Source of the DNA: Octopus sinensis
Taxonomy: Eukaryota
Direction: 5' to 3'
NCBI RefSeq assembly: GCF_006345805.1
Contig: NC_043000.1
Coordinates: 35,960,001 to 36,024,000 of the forward strand
DNA length: 64,000 nucleotides
The notes under the pieces were generated by a model. It was not told the origin of the DNA. It did no database searches and saw nothing but the letters and a program-made list of their open reading frames with translations. Position numbers and translations under genes: made by a program. This document shows positions 27,399 to 41,312 of this stretch, in pieces (position 1 is the stretch's first letter; each line of letters opens with the position of its first letter).

Positions 27399-29544
27399 CA
27401 GTAGTTTTATTTTTATAGCGTGCTTTCACTTCACTACCGAGCACAGCTCTGTGTGCCTTGGGTATGTGCTGTGATTTGTTGTGATGCTCTGATGGTTATT
27501 GTATGGAAAGTGTTCTGCGTAGGATGTGTGCAGTGCCTAGTAGTGCAATTTTCTGTATGTTATATGTGTTTGTAAGTCCTGGTGTTTTTGTTATGTATTT
27601 ATCTGAATATTTTTTTATCATGCCTAATGCACCTACTATGATAGGAATTGTTTCTGTTTTCAGATTCCACATTCTAGTTACCTCTATTTCCAGGTCTTTG
27701 TATTTTGAGAGTTTCTCCATTTCTTTTAGAGACACGTTGTCATCTGCCGGTATTGATACATCAATTAGAAAGCATTTTTTCTTCATGATCTCTGACAACT
27801 ATATCTGGTCTGTTGGCCTTAATTTCTCTATCTGTGTGTATCGGCATATCCCAGAGTATGGTTGCTTTCTCGTTTTCTGTGACCTTTTCTGGTGTGTGCC
27901 TATACCATCTTTTTTCTGTTGTTATTCCATAATGTTGGCATAGCTTCCAATGTATGTAGGTTCCAACTCTGTCATGTCTGTGAATATATTCCTTCTTAAC
28001 CAGGACTGGGCAGCTAGAGATAATATGATTTATTGTTCCTTGTCCATCTCCACATATTCTGCAGTTACTTGTAATATTTCTTTTCATTACATGTTTTTGG
28101 CAATTTCTGGTGGGGAGGCTTTGGTCTTGTGCTGCAATTAAAAATCCCTCTGTTTCTGCTTTGTGTCCTGAGCTTCTCAACCATTGCTGGGATTTTTCTT
28201 TGTCTATTTCTTTTGCGTTTAGTTTAGTGCAGTATTTACCATGAAGGGGCTTTTCTTGCCATCGTTTTATCATGGTTCGTTGCTGTTCTATTTTTAGTTT
28301 GGATTTCATTTGTGTTATAGCTTTTGTTGTTTCTTCATCATCTTCTTCTTTTTCTTCATGTTTATTAGGTGGTATGATTTCTTGCTTGTATTTGTCAGCT
28401 TCCTTAAATACCGAGAACAGTGTTTTGTTTTGCTCGTGTTTTGCTGCTATCTGGATCAGTTTTCCTTCCTTCTGAAGTAGATATTTTTGCAGTCCTATGG
28501 TGGTTATTTTATAGTAGTTTTCCAGCTGTATAAGGCCTCTACCACCTTCTATACGTTGTATATATAGTCTTTCTATGTCAGATTTTGGGTGATGCATCCT
28601 AGATCCTGTCATTATTTTTCTTGTTTTCCTATCTATTTTGGACAGTTCATTTCGTGTCCAGTTAAGGATATTGTAGCTGTAACTTATAACTGGGACGGCT
28701 AAAGTGTTGATACCTATTATCTTGTTTTTAGCATTGAGCTCTGTTTTTAGTATTGATCTAACTCGTCTATAATATTCTTTTTTATTTTCTCTTTCATTTG
28801 TGTGTGTTGTGTCTTATCTAGTTCATGGATTCCTAAGTATTTGTAAGTTTGGCTTTGGTCTAATTCTTTTATTTCATTGGTTTTATCTAGTGTGATGTTG
28901 TTACTCTTAACTAGTTTTCCTCTTTTTATGGTTACTTTGGCGCATTTTTCTAATCCAAATTTCATATCTATTTCTTTGGTAAATCCATGAACTGTCTTTA
29001 ATAGTGTTTCCAGCTGTTTGTCATTTGCAGCGTATAGTTTTAGGTCATCCATATATAAAAGGTGGCTGATCGTTTTGCCGTAACATTTATATCCGCATCC
29101 AGTTCTATTTAGCATATCAGATAGAGGTGACAGTGCCAAGCAGAAAAGGAGTGGAGAGAGCGTGTCTCCCTGGAATATTCCTCTCCTAATGGGGATGTCT
29201 TTGGTTTTCATGAGTCCCTCTTTTGTTTGGAGGTGTAGGACTGTTTGCCATTTATTCATAGAGTGCTCTATGAATTTTATGATTGTTGGTGCTACTTTGT
29301 TAATGGCTAGTGTTTCGAGGATCCATGTGTGGGGGATGCTATCAAAAGCCTTTTTGTAGTCAATCCAGGCCATACTGAGGCCTTTCTTCTTTCTGTGGCT
29401 GTCTTAAGTTACGGCTTTATTAATCATTAGTTGATCTTTACAGCCATATGAGCCTTTGCGGCATCCTTTCTGCTCTTCTGGGAACAGTTTGTTTTCGTCC
29501 AAGTGCTTGTTCAGCCTTTGCGATATCACTGCAGTAAATGCCTT
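27399..29544 (-). mobile_element. 5'-truncated R4/Dong-type non-LTR retrotransposon (RT + restriction-like endonuclease), mutated
   Basis: AWIDYKKAFDS, GIFQGDTLSPLLF, HLLYMDDLKLYA, YKYLG, ETEGFLIAAQDQSL, CRICG...HIISSC...RHD, NRPDI, IDVSIP...KE.EK.SKY.DL, PIIVGALG; (TAA)n on both sides. Confidence 0.93.
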
Positions 29545-29582
29545 GATAATAATAAATGCCTTATTATTATTATTATTATTAC

Positions 29583-29649
<67 letters not shown>

Positions 29650-29859
29650 TACACGTATGTGTATACTTCGTTTTTGTATTTGGTTTGCAAGATTCTTTAA
29701 GCGAATTCGGAATTCGTGTGTTGAAGCATATTTTGTTGTGTCTGGGGAGAGTTATTCTATTTTAATGCCTTATTAAATAACACACTCATCGGTTCGATTT
29801 CCACTCATTTACTTATTCATTTTCTTTTTTAAATTGTCGTTGCTTCTTCCAACCTTGAA

Positions 29860-30025
29860 GAGGTTGGTGTATTTACGTTCCCGTAACTTAGCGCTTCGGC
29901 AAAAAAAAACGATAGAATAAGTACTAGGCTTACAAACAACAAGTCATGAGGGTCTATTTGTTTGACTAAAGGTGGTGCTCCAGCATGGCCGCAGTCACAT
30001 GACTGAAACAAATAAAAGAATAAAA
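29860..30025 (+). mobile_element. SINE family A tail
   Basis: GATAGAATAAGTACTAGGCTTACAAA...GGTGCTCCAGCATGGCCGCAGTCACATGACTGAAACAA. Confidence 0.8.
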
Positions 30026-30639
30026 TAATGAAAGAACAAAAGAATATATATACTTACATATATATATTAAATAGTAAATGCGATTTGTGTCTTACGCTGT
30101 TCAGATACAAAATATAATCTCCATGAACCTCAAAGTAATGCGGACATATAAACTAACTAAACACCGTGCTTAATACTTTCCAGTTTGATATTTCGTTGAT
30201 ATCTCTCCATAATTCCAATCTTAACAAGATTCTAATTTTTTAACCATTTACAGTGGATAAAAGAAAGTACCCGGGTTACTCCGTGTTGCTTGATGCGACA
30301 ATACTCATTACTCTGTGTAATTATTTGCCTCGTGCTCGCCGATTAAAGAACAAAATCTATATTACTGTCGGCTCTATGCGGACCAGTTTCGTGTCGTTAT
30401 GCTGCATATTGTAAATGTCATCAAAGACGAATGATTTTTATGTATTCATCAATATTTTGTTGTGTGAAGTGAGACGCGGCCGAAAGTGTGTGAAGTTATG
30501 ACGTAAAGCCATCCGGGCAATTAACGAACTCACACATATCGACAATCAGTGCTCAGCCAAGTCGCACGCTAAGTCGCTCGTACCCGACGCCACGCAAACA
30601 CACACACGCACGCATGTATGCATATATGTATAATTATAT

Positions 30640-30670
<31 letters not shown>

Positions 30671-30675
30671 CATAA

Positions 30676-30771
<96 letters not shown>

Positions 30772-30783
30772 ATTGTATATATA

Positions 30784-30858
<75 letters not shown>

Positions 30859-30865
30859 ATTGTAT

Positions 30866-30901
<36 letters not shown>

Positions 30902-31039
30902 CAAACACATCTATACACATATATAATACGTGAATACGTACACACACTCATATATATGTATGCATTATGATTACGTACATAGATACACACACTCTCTCTC
31001 TTTCATATATATATATATATATATATATATGTTATAAAC

Positions 31040-31073
<34 letters not shown>

Positions 31074-31345
31074 GTACTCACATTTACACATATATTAACT
31101 TACATTTATAGATACACACATACACCCCCACATATATATGTTTATGTGTGTGGGGGGATGTTTGTGTTGTGTGTTTGTATACAGTAGATATGCATACAGA
31201 GATAAAATTAGTACAATATTAGTTCAGCTAAACGAGATACGAGAGTGCACAACAACCTAACAGGTAACCAGTGCTATGATTTTACGTCCATGTGAAGTAA
31301 ATAAACAGGACGAACAAACCTCAAACATACCTCACGTTTACTGGC

Positions 31346-31372
31346 AGCAATAACAACAACAACAACAACAAC

Positions 31373-31425
<53 letters not shown>

Positions 31426-31490
31426 TAGTAACAACAACAACAATAACAATAATAATAATAATAATGATAATAATAATAATAATAATAATG

Positions 31491-31530
<40 letters not shown>

Positions 31531-31545
31531 TAATAATAATAATAA
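31346..31545. repeat. (CAA)n/(TAA)n/(TGA) compound microsatellite
   Basis: Direct reading. Confidence 0.95.
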
Positions 31546-31873
31546 AATGCTGCAGCTGTTGATACTAAATACTACTAATACTACAATAATACTACAGCTA
31601 CTACTATTATGATAGCACAGGAATCTGAGGTCCAACTGCCACCCTTCCCACTACCCCACCCCTGCTACTGTTGCTGTTGCTGAAACCACTGCTGCTACTA
31701 CAAACAAAAACAATAATAGCAATGATATCAGTGATGATAATAATAATAATGAAAGGAAACAGGTGGAGCCTCCTCCTCCTCATGAGCTGATTAATGATAC
31801 AGTTAGTGATAGTGTTACAATAAAAATACTGGTAATTGCGCAACCTGATAATCGCTACCTTATACGAGTGACA

Positions 31874-33020
31874 ATGAAAAAACAAAATATTGTGAATAAC
31901 GGTGGGAATGCAACGGAAGCCAATGATGGTGACAGTGGTACACCCGGTTGGCTCAGAGATTCTGGTCCGGCTCCAGCCTGTCGATATCTAGAAAGGGACC
32001 ACCACACACAGCATAGATGGACCAAGTAAATTAATCCTGTGGTCATGGAGTGTTACTACTCGAGCAGCCCGGTAGATGAAAATGGTGCTCAAATTTCAAG
32101 TCACGGAACAGAGACTGTGATCAAGCTAGAGCAATAAGGAAAGCTTGTTGGCTCACAGAAGTAGAGCTCGAAGCTTTCAAAAGACGGGTCATAGAAAATA
32201 ACAGCAGAGATAACAATCAAAATACAGTTCTTACTAATAAGTGTAATCCCATAGCACAGGAAAGGGGCAGTGGTAGTTTACTTGATGAGAGACATATAGA
32301 TGATCTAAGAGAAGACAATAAAACTAATGGTGACATGACAGATGAAGAAAAGGCAATCTACGACAGAATAAAGGTAAGACTACAGGAGAACGATAGCCTC
32401 ATTATTTGCAACCTTAAAAAGGTTGATCGATGAAAATTGAACCAAGAAACGAAAAACGTCAATGAAATTCTGAAATACATCAGAACAAACAACATCACAA
32501 AAACAAAAAAATTGATCAAGGCAACAAGTATTGTTGTAGCAGAAAATGTGGGTGTCGATGTCAAGAAAAATAATGGGAGTGACAAAAGAAAAGATCCATT
32601 GTAGAAAAGAAGAATCCAAGCAGAGTTAGACATGCTCTCGAAGGAAATCTCTGTGTTAGACCGAAAAGACAAAGGGGAGATTAAAAGGGAACAAAAATAC
32701 AGGGCGCTGAAAAGGAAGTATAATATTGAAAGAAAGGGCCTGAAAATAGTAGTGGAGGAACTGAAACAGCGCCTCGTTGCAAAGAAAGCAATGATGATAA
32801 GATACGACAAAGAATGAAGGGTTACCACCAGAATAGGTTATTCAGAGCAGATCAGAAGAGATTGTATAAAGAAATAAATGGAGAGTGTACAGATGAAAAG
32901 TTGATACCAGATAACATTGACAGTCAAAGGTTTTGGAGTGACATCTGGGGCAAAGACAAGAACAAGAAGGATGCTGAATGGTTGCAAGAAATGAAACAAA
33001 CAGTAGTCTGTCCAAAACAG
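31874..33020 (+). pseudogene. 5' (pre-RT) part of an R4/Dong-type LINE ORF
   Basis: RWTK*INPVVMECYY...; KLNQETKNVNEILKYI...; EELKQRLVAKKA...RY; QNRLFRADQKRLYKEING...FWSDIWG...AEWL. These are typical of the R4/Dong region upstream of RT. Confidence 0.75.
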
Positions 33021-33069
33021 GCAGAACTTTTGGGCATGGGCATGGTTTGTTTTTGATTTTGTCGATTAC

Positions 33070-34273
33070 ACAGTATAGTTGGGAACCGTCTGTGAGAAAA
33101 CAGCATCATAACGTAATTCACTCTGCCAGAAATTTGGAAACGACATGCTGTACTGACAGCATGCTGCATTCGCTCCGGAAGCTACAACATTTCTGAGTGT
33201 TTGGGTGTCAATCTGAGGACAGTGCAGGGGATTCGGAAAGAGTTGGATGAGTCTAATGGTGATTACGGAGGTATGGCAGCTCGGAAAACTCACTCTCATC
33301 ATTCTGATAAAGAAAGAACTGAATTTGTTTGTGAGATCCAGGCCATGATCCACTACGATCCCTCCAAGTCAAGCAGGTCCATTGCCAGGGACATGGAGTG
33401 TCTGAAGTAGAGTATGAAGACATTCGGTATTCCTCATACAAGATGAGAAGGGGCCAATTTTTATGTCAAGCCATCAATGACAAGAGGAAAGACTGCACTA
33501 CGAGGCTTTCGAACAAACTCAGGCATCCCCTCCAACCAAACAAGCTTTGGTTTTTCTCAGACGAGAAAAATTTTCTGCCAGGATCACATGGTGAACGCAT
33601 AAAAAACAAACGTTGGCTTGCCGTGTCCCCCCACCCCATGTAGTGAGAGTGATAAAAATCAAACATCCATTCAACATCACGGTGTTTGGAGTGATCACTA
33701 GTGATGGCGACGTCATGCTTTGGTTCATCTTCTCACACGATCTCAGACTCAACACGGAGGCCTACGTCAAGTGCCTGGAGGAAGTAGTGCTGCCCTACGT
33801 CAAGAGGTTGGCTGCTGGAAGACCACATGTCTGGCAAAAGAACTCTGCACTATGTCACACAAGCAGGAGAACCAAGTCATAGCTGTCGGAGAAATGTCTG
33901 CGACCACATCACCCCTAGCATCTGACCACCCAAGTCCCCAGACTGCAACCCCCTTGATTATTATGTGTGGGGTGCAGTTGAGCTTTTGACCATCAAAACT
34001 CCTTGTAACACCAAAGATGAACTGGAGGCAAGGATTGTGACAGCATTCGCAAACTTAAACAAGGACACCGTCAACATGAGCTGCAGGAGATTCCGAAGTC
34101 GTCTGGAGGCCGTGTTTTAAGCCAATGGCGATTTTATTGAATAAATTTTTTCTTTATATTTCAAGATATTTTTATGCAATTTTGGTAAATATATCTGTTA
34201 AAATGAGTTATCAGTGTTATTTTCATTTTTGCATAATTTAGACGACAATTTAGTCACTTCACCGCACTCTACA
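33070..34273 (+). mobile_element. Tc1/mariner maT (DD37D) transposon relic, 5' truncated
   Basis: LWFFSDEKNF, VFGVITSDG, WQKNSALCHTS, and a degenerate, frameshifted WPP.SPDCNPLDY motif at DD37D-like spacing; terminal CACCGCACTCTACA. Confidence 0.8.
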
Positions 34274-34275
34274 TA

Positions 34276-35300
34276 TACGGGGTGCGTAAGATATTTGGGG
34301 ACAGGTTTATGTTTATAAAAACACAGATACATAATAAAGGTAATAATTTTATTGATAAAAAAAATGCTATGGCGATAAAAATAAACCTTTCCTATAACGT
34401 TATTCAATAAAGCCACCTTCAGCTTCAATAACTGCTTCTACATGAGATCTAAATCATCTATATGCTCGAATGGAGAGGTCCTGGTTTATTTTGGACATTA
34501 CTCTGACTATGGCAGCTTTCATTGACCTCTCTCACAACAACGCTCCTCGTGTAATAGTCCAATAGACTGAGATCTGGGCAATTAGGAGGCCAAATGTTAG
34601 GGATTATGTGATCATGAAAATTTTCAGACATCCATTCTTGTGTTACTACAGTCATACGGAAACACATATGGCCTTCCATTGCATATACTGTCTATCCAGG
34701 GCTTAACAATTATTACCAGGACCTCAATGTAGGCAGCAGAGTTAACTCTAAGGCCTTGTGGAAAAGAAGCATCACATATCCTTCTTTACTGACAACCCCT
34801 AACACCATGACAGTTGCCGGAAAGTTTGAAAGCATAAAACTTTGGACTTCAGAAGGATTGGCACATAACCATCTCTCATTTCTTCTGTTAACTTTTTCAT
34901 AAGTTTTCCTCGTTTGAGAAAAACCAAATCAAAACTTCTGCTGTATTTTTCAGTTTAAGAGCCTTTTGGATTTGATGTACTGATTTTCTTTTGCTTTTTC
35001 TGACAAATTAACCTTTCCTTAACATATAAGGCTTATATCTGATGTCTTCGTAGACATTTCTGACTGTTCCTTCTGACACATGGAGATCTTTCACAATTGA
35101 CTTCATGAACTTTCTGGGATTGTAATCAATGGTCTGTTAAACTAGATGGATAAATGCAAGTGTTCTGAGGATTTCAGAGTGTTTAGAAAGCTTTTTATGC
35201 GTTGATACTGGTGACAAATTTCCATTTTCAGTCTCTAGCTCCTTACAAAGTTTGTAGACGAAAGATCTGGCAACTTTTAAAAATCGGTATATCGTGTATA
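34276..35300 (-). mobile_element. Second maT (DD37D)-type relic, tail-to-tail with the first
   Basis: QEWMSENFHDHIIPNIWPPNCPDLSLLDYY; N-terminal VARSFVYKLCKEL; terminus TACGGGGTGCG. Confidence 0.75.
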
Positions 35301-35315
35301 CACACACACACACAC

Positions 35316-35381
<66 letters not shown>

Positions 35382-35418
35382 CACACATACACACACACAC
35401 AAATATATATATATATAT

Positions 35419-35459
<41 letters not shown>

Positions 35460-35693
35460 CGTATGTATGTATAAGTATGTACTTCTATACGCATGCGCAC
35501 GCTCACACATACATACACATACACCAAACATGCACGCGCATAGCTCTACATAGAAGCGAATGTGGACATTGGCACATTGACACCGTTGTCACCGTTGATC
35601 GCTGAAAAAAACGGAGAGAAGATTCTTCTTCAGTGAATATCGATAATTCCTTTCACCATTGAGCTCTTATAAGTAGAATCTCTAGACTCACTC

Positions 35694-35727
<34 letters not shown>

Positions 35728-35871
35728 CGTGTGTGTGTGAGGGTGTATGTGTGTGTATGTACACACATAAATATATTTACACATATAAATGGAAATATAT
35801 ATATATACATATGTATACATACATGAATGTATATACGTACATATGCGCAAATTTATACACATACACACGAG

Positions 35872-35954
<83 letters not shown>

Positions 35955-36303
35955 TACATTCATACGTGTGTTTAATTGTATGCTGTGAGTAACGAAGTAT
36001 ATAGTTTACTGACAGTTGATGTTTCAATACGACCAATGCGCTCTATCTGAAGCTCGTGTGTATGGGTGTGTATACACACAGACATAGATGCATACATACA
36101 TACATACATAGATGCATAGATACATACTTATATATACATATACACGCAAGTAAGTATGTATATAATATACATATTTACACACACACACATGTATGGATGC
36201 ACAGACGTACAGCCTTATATATATATATATACATACACATTTACATATATGTATATATATGTTTTTTTTTCTGTTTTTTTTCTGTGTTTTCTTGTTTGGA
36301 TTA

Positions 36304-36347
<44 letters not shown>

Positions 36348-36693
36348 CACATACGCTCATTGAGCCATCACTTTTGTTGTAGTTTGTGCTAAGTTGCATC
36401 ACTCTTTCACACATCAGTTTTGGGTGCCTGTGTAGTCGCGTGCAGACATAGGTACCCTTTCGACCTTCCCACCCTTGACGCAGTGGATCATTGAGGAAAT
36501 AGGCAATAGGCACTTCAACAGAACAGGATGTGGTTACAGGAGAAAATATAGAAGTACATGAAAATGAAGAGAAAAAAATATTTGTCTATCTATCTATCCA
36601 TTCATTCATCCATCCATTCATCCATCGATCCACCTACTTACCTACCTACCTACCTACCTACCTACCTACCTACCTACCTACCTACCTACCTAC

Positions 36694-36736
<43 letters not shown>

Positions 36737-36749
36737 CCTACCTACCTAC

Positions 36750-37606
36750 GGCGCTTGTCATCGAGAAACTGGTCGACAAGGCGCAAACATGCACCGTGCC
36801 GGGCCGGGCCGGAGCATCCATGACAACATCCATCTGATGCGCTACATCATAGACAGGGCAATTAAGGAACCTGGTATGGGTGGGGTGCTGATCAATTTAG
36901 ATCAATCGAAAGCTTTCGATAGGGTAGACCATCGATACTTTGAGGCTGTCCTCAGGGTGGCTGGTTTCGGTCCCGTCTTTCGCGGCTGGATAGCCGCTTT
37001 GTACAGAGGTATCCGTTCGGTAATTCGCGTAAATGGACATGTATCGAGACCTTTCGACATTGCACGTTCGGTCCGTCAGGGATGCCCCCTCTCGTCGCTT
37101 CTCTACGTATTGACTCTCGAGCCATTATTGCGGAAGCTGGCAACTCTGTGGGGCATCCCGCGAGAATTGGGACGCGGGACGAGCGTGTCTGCATAAAGAC
37201 TACGAAGCGGTGACAGGAGCGAAAATCAACCGGTAAAAATCAGTGGGCTTTTGGCTCAGCACCTGGAGAAGCAAGCCCATGCCGTCCACCAGCGCCTCCG
37301 TCGTGGGACGCTGGACCGACGGTCGGGTCGAGTTGCTCGGGGTCTGGTTTGGTCCGGACCTCCAAATGGAGAAGAACTGGAACGAGATAACGAGTAGGAT
37401 GGTCACTCTCGCCCGGCAATGGGCCGAGAGAAAACTGTCACTAAAAGATGGCGGAGGTGGCGAACTCGTACATCGTGTCCGTCATCTACTACCGCCTGAC
37501 CGTCGTGCCTTGTCCCGATCCTACCATCACCAAACTAGAACGCATTCTCTTTCGCTTCTTGTGGAAAGGATGGGTCCCGATGTTCAGGCGATCCATTTTG
37601 CTGTCA
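36750..37606 (+). pseudogene. L1/Tx1-clade RT fragment with internal deletion spanning the YADD motif
   Basis: RSIHDNI, LINLDQSKAFDRVDH, SVRQGCPLSSLLY, then TSVSA joined almost directly to YEAVTGAKIN; LLGVWFG, FRFLWKG. Confidence 0.9.
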
Positions 37607-38191
37607 ATACCCGCTAAAAGGCCGACTAGGCCGATGGCGGCAGTTAAACAAAATATCGGACCTAATCATCAACAAGTTGTCATTACAGCTTTTTGTCTCG
37701 TGAGAGAATGGGGAATGCTCTGAATATTTTCAATTCCACTATTTCTTAATTTATAAAAATATTCTAGGAAGATCCTGAGTGAATATATATTTCATGATGA
37801 GGAATATTTGAAGGTGACCGAGGGCTTTTGTATACTTCAAAGCTAAATGTTTATGTGGAAGGCTGGCAGAGTGTATGTCACAACTTGTGGTGGGATATCT
37901 GAGAACCAATTCCATTTAGATAATAATATTTGAAGAAATGATTTTTTTGCAGGCATGATACACGATCCCTGACAACTGATGGCCTTGGAAGAATGGATTG
38001 CGAACAGCGTTTAGTAGACTATCTGAAAGGAAGGTATAATAGGGCTGAAGAAAGGTAGAGAGAGGAATTTATCTAGTGATCCTGTTTATCAGGGGATGTG
38101 TACAGCAGAAGCCGACATAGAATGAAGAAAGAGAAAGCTTTCTAGTTTGATGAAGATAGATAGAGATAGATAAATAGGGAGAGAGAGAGAC

Positions 38192-38238
<47 letters not shown>

Positions 38239-38789
38239 GATTGACAGACAGATATACAGACAGACAGATATACAGACAGACATACAAAGAGACAAATATA
38301 AAGATAAGACAGATAGACAGATAGATAAATAGACAGGCAGACAGGCTGATATATTGGTACATACATGCATACATAGACATACACACATACATATAAACAT
38401 ACATATATACGTACATACACACAACCGACAAACCCCACGCCACCAAGTTATATTCCAACCTTTATCGATTGGCCATCTCTAAAGTTGTGACGTTGCACTG
38501 CGATAATCATTGATAATTCTTCGACACAATTGTATAGTGGAACCACTCTTCAAGTCCCCGACCAAAGGTGGCTCTCTTGTTTGATTGGTCCCCCAGGCAT
38601 TACAACAGACGCCGCCGCCGTCGTCGTTGTCGTGATCCTATCAATATTCCGATACTTGTCATTTCCAATACTAGTTATTGGCGAAAGAACCGAATACTCA
38701 ATTCAAATGATGTTATATTCCGTAGGCCACGGCGGGGTTGGACGGGGAACTAATCCTGTACACAGGTGTGTGCGGGTGTCTACATCATT

Positions 38790-38937
38790 ATATATATATA
38801 TATATATGTACAGACATAAACAGACAATGTGTGTGTGTGTGTGTGGCTGCATGTCTCTGGTATTATAATGTATACATATACAGACATTATATGTGAGTGT
38901 TGTATATATATATATATATATATACTCACACACACAC

Positions 38938-39002
<65 letters not shown>

Positions 39003-39009
39003 TATATAT

Positions 39010-39042
<33 letters not shown>

Positions 39043-39198
39043 CACACATATATATATATATACACACACAAATATATATATATACACATATATACATATA
39101 TATATATACACACATATACATATACATATATATACATATATATATACACACTATATATATATATATACACACACAGATATATATATATATATACACTC

Positions 39199-39230
<32 letters not shown>

Positions 39231-39392
39231 GTACAGACATAAACAGACAATGTGTGTGTGTGTGTGTGGCTGCATGTCTCTGGTATTATAATGTATACAT
39301 ATACAGACATTATATGTGAGTGTTGTATATATATATATATATATATACTCACACACACACATATATATATATATATTACACACACACACACA

Positions 39393-39423
<31 letters not shown>

Positions 39424-39583
39424 ATATATACACACACACACACATATATATATATTATACACACATATATTATATATACACACACAAATATATATATATA
39501 CACATATATACATATATATATATACACACATATACATATACATATATACATATATATATACACACACTATATATATATATATT

Positions 39584-39614
<31 letters not shown>

Positions 39615-39640
39615 CACTCATATATATACATATATATATA
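38790..39640. repeat. Tandem duplication of a 423 bp microsatellite-rich unit
   Basis: TGTACAGACATAAACAGACAATG...GGCTGCATGTCTCTGGTATTATAATG at 38807 and 39230. Confidence 0.92.
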
Positions 39641-40156
39641 TACATATATATATATACATACACTTATATATACATAAATGTACACACACATATATATATA
39701 CATATATATACATATATAATATATATATGTATATATGTATATATATTTATAGATATATATATACATATATATATACACATATATATATATGTATATGTAT
39801 ATATGTATACACACATACGTACACACACACGCACACACACATACGCACACATACTTATACATACATACATATATACATCTATGTATAGACAGACACAAGC
39901 ACATACACATACACACACTCGTACGGTCAGATGTACTCAACTTCTTGTATGGATTACGTTTTCATCGGATTCAACTTCTAAATATACATACATATCATGT
40001 ATGAGTGTGGGTGCTCGGGAATGTGTGCGTTTCTGAATATACGTTTGTATGTGGATATGTATGTGTATGTACATGCTTGTCTCCGTTCATATGGGTACAA
40101 ATATGTACGTTTGTTTCCATACATTGAATCATAAATACATTATGTCATTAGAGAAT

Positions 40157-41075
40157 ATCTCTCTATATATAAAACTGAGAATGTGTGTCTGTCTGTCTGT
40201 CTGTGTGTTTCCCTAAAACTTGAGAACTACACAACCAATTTCATTCAAATTTTACACATGCCTTACTTAAGGTCCGGGGAGTGTCATCGGCAAAAACAAA
40301 ATTTTAACTTTTTCCCTAGGGTGACCCCACAGCAATATTATATCTTCTCCACTATTTCAGTATTACGTGTTAAAAGTGAAACAAAAACAGCTCTCTATTG
40401 TAATGCTGACATTCACTTTAATACTGAAACTATAAAGTGAAAGTATTATATAACAGGTATGAACCATTAATAGTGGTTATCCATTTTGCTAGAAGAAGAT
40501 CCGCTATGGTCTTATATGCTACACCACTGGTTTTCAATTCATATTAATCAAATTAATATTCAATTTTTCACCTTATTATGTGTGTGTGTGTGTGTGTGTG
40601 TGTGTATTAGCAGTTCGTATAAAATTGCATCAATGACTTGAACTTGAATAAGTGGTTTCACATAAATGGGGATAAATTAAAAAGGTTTGTTGTTATTATT
40701 ACTACTGTTTGACTATTGTAATCACATTTGTTGGTTCCTCGTCAGGGAAACGTTGTTGTGTTGCATTTGTTAAATAATTGTAAACCGTAACCCTCCCCGT
40801 TTCGGAGAAGGGGCTTTGGTTATTGTTTAAAAATTGAATTGTGTCCCTGTTTGGGGAAATTGACAATATTTTCACCGTCTTTACGGAAGCATTTTTGTTA
40901 AAATGACTTCGATAGAAGAAAGTCCAAAAATGAATTTCGCTGCAGCCGTACACTTCTATACAAGAGGGACGACAAGATCCAATTGATCGAAATTGCAAGA
41001 GACGGGCCTACAATTCCAGTCTGTTATATATTTTGAGTATTGTTATCACTAGCGGTATCAAGATATATCTTGGAC
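40157..41075 (+). mobile_element. Non-autonomous Helitron-like repeat, copy 1
   Basis: Starts TCTCTCTATATATATAAAACTGAGAATGTGTGTCTGTCTGTC; shares body and end (ACAATTCCAGTCTGTTATATATTTTGAGTATTGTTATCACTAG) with 46190-46965. The Helitron assignment is inference from the 5' TC, (GTCT)n and CTAG end. Confidence 0.5.
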
Positions 41076-41079
41076 TCCA

Positions 41080-41263
41080 CCTGTACTTGCTTGCAATGAT
41101 TCATTCCTGAGAGTATGAGATCTTCGGGCCATTTGACGTTGAGGAAGTTGAAATCACCCATAAGAAATATGGTCACATGGTGTTCCAGATTCATGAGGAT
41201 TTCTTTAATTCTTGTGAGGCAATCTTCAAACTTGCCTATGTGATTTGGAGCATCCGGTCGACA
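41080..41263 (-). pseudogene. APE-type LINE endonuclease fragment (CR1/L2/Jockey-like)
   Basis: Manual translation CRPDAPNHIGKFEDCLTRIKEILMNLEHHVTIFLMGDFNFLNVKWPEDL (YRPP-like and GDFN motifs). Confidence 0.75.
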
Positions 41264-41268
41264 ATATG

Positions 41269-41312
<44 letters not shown>

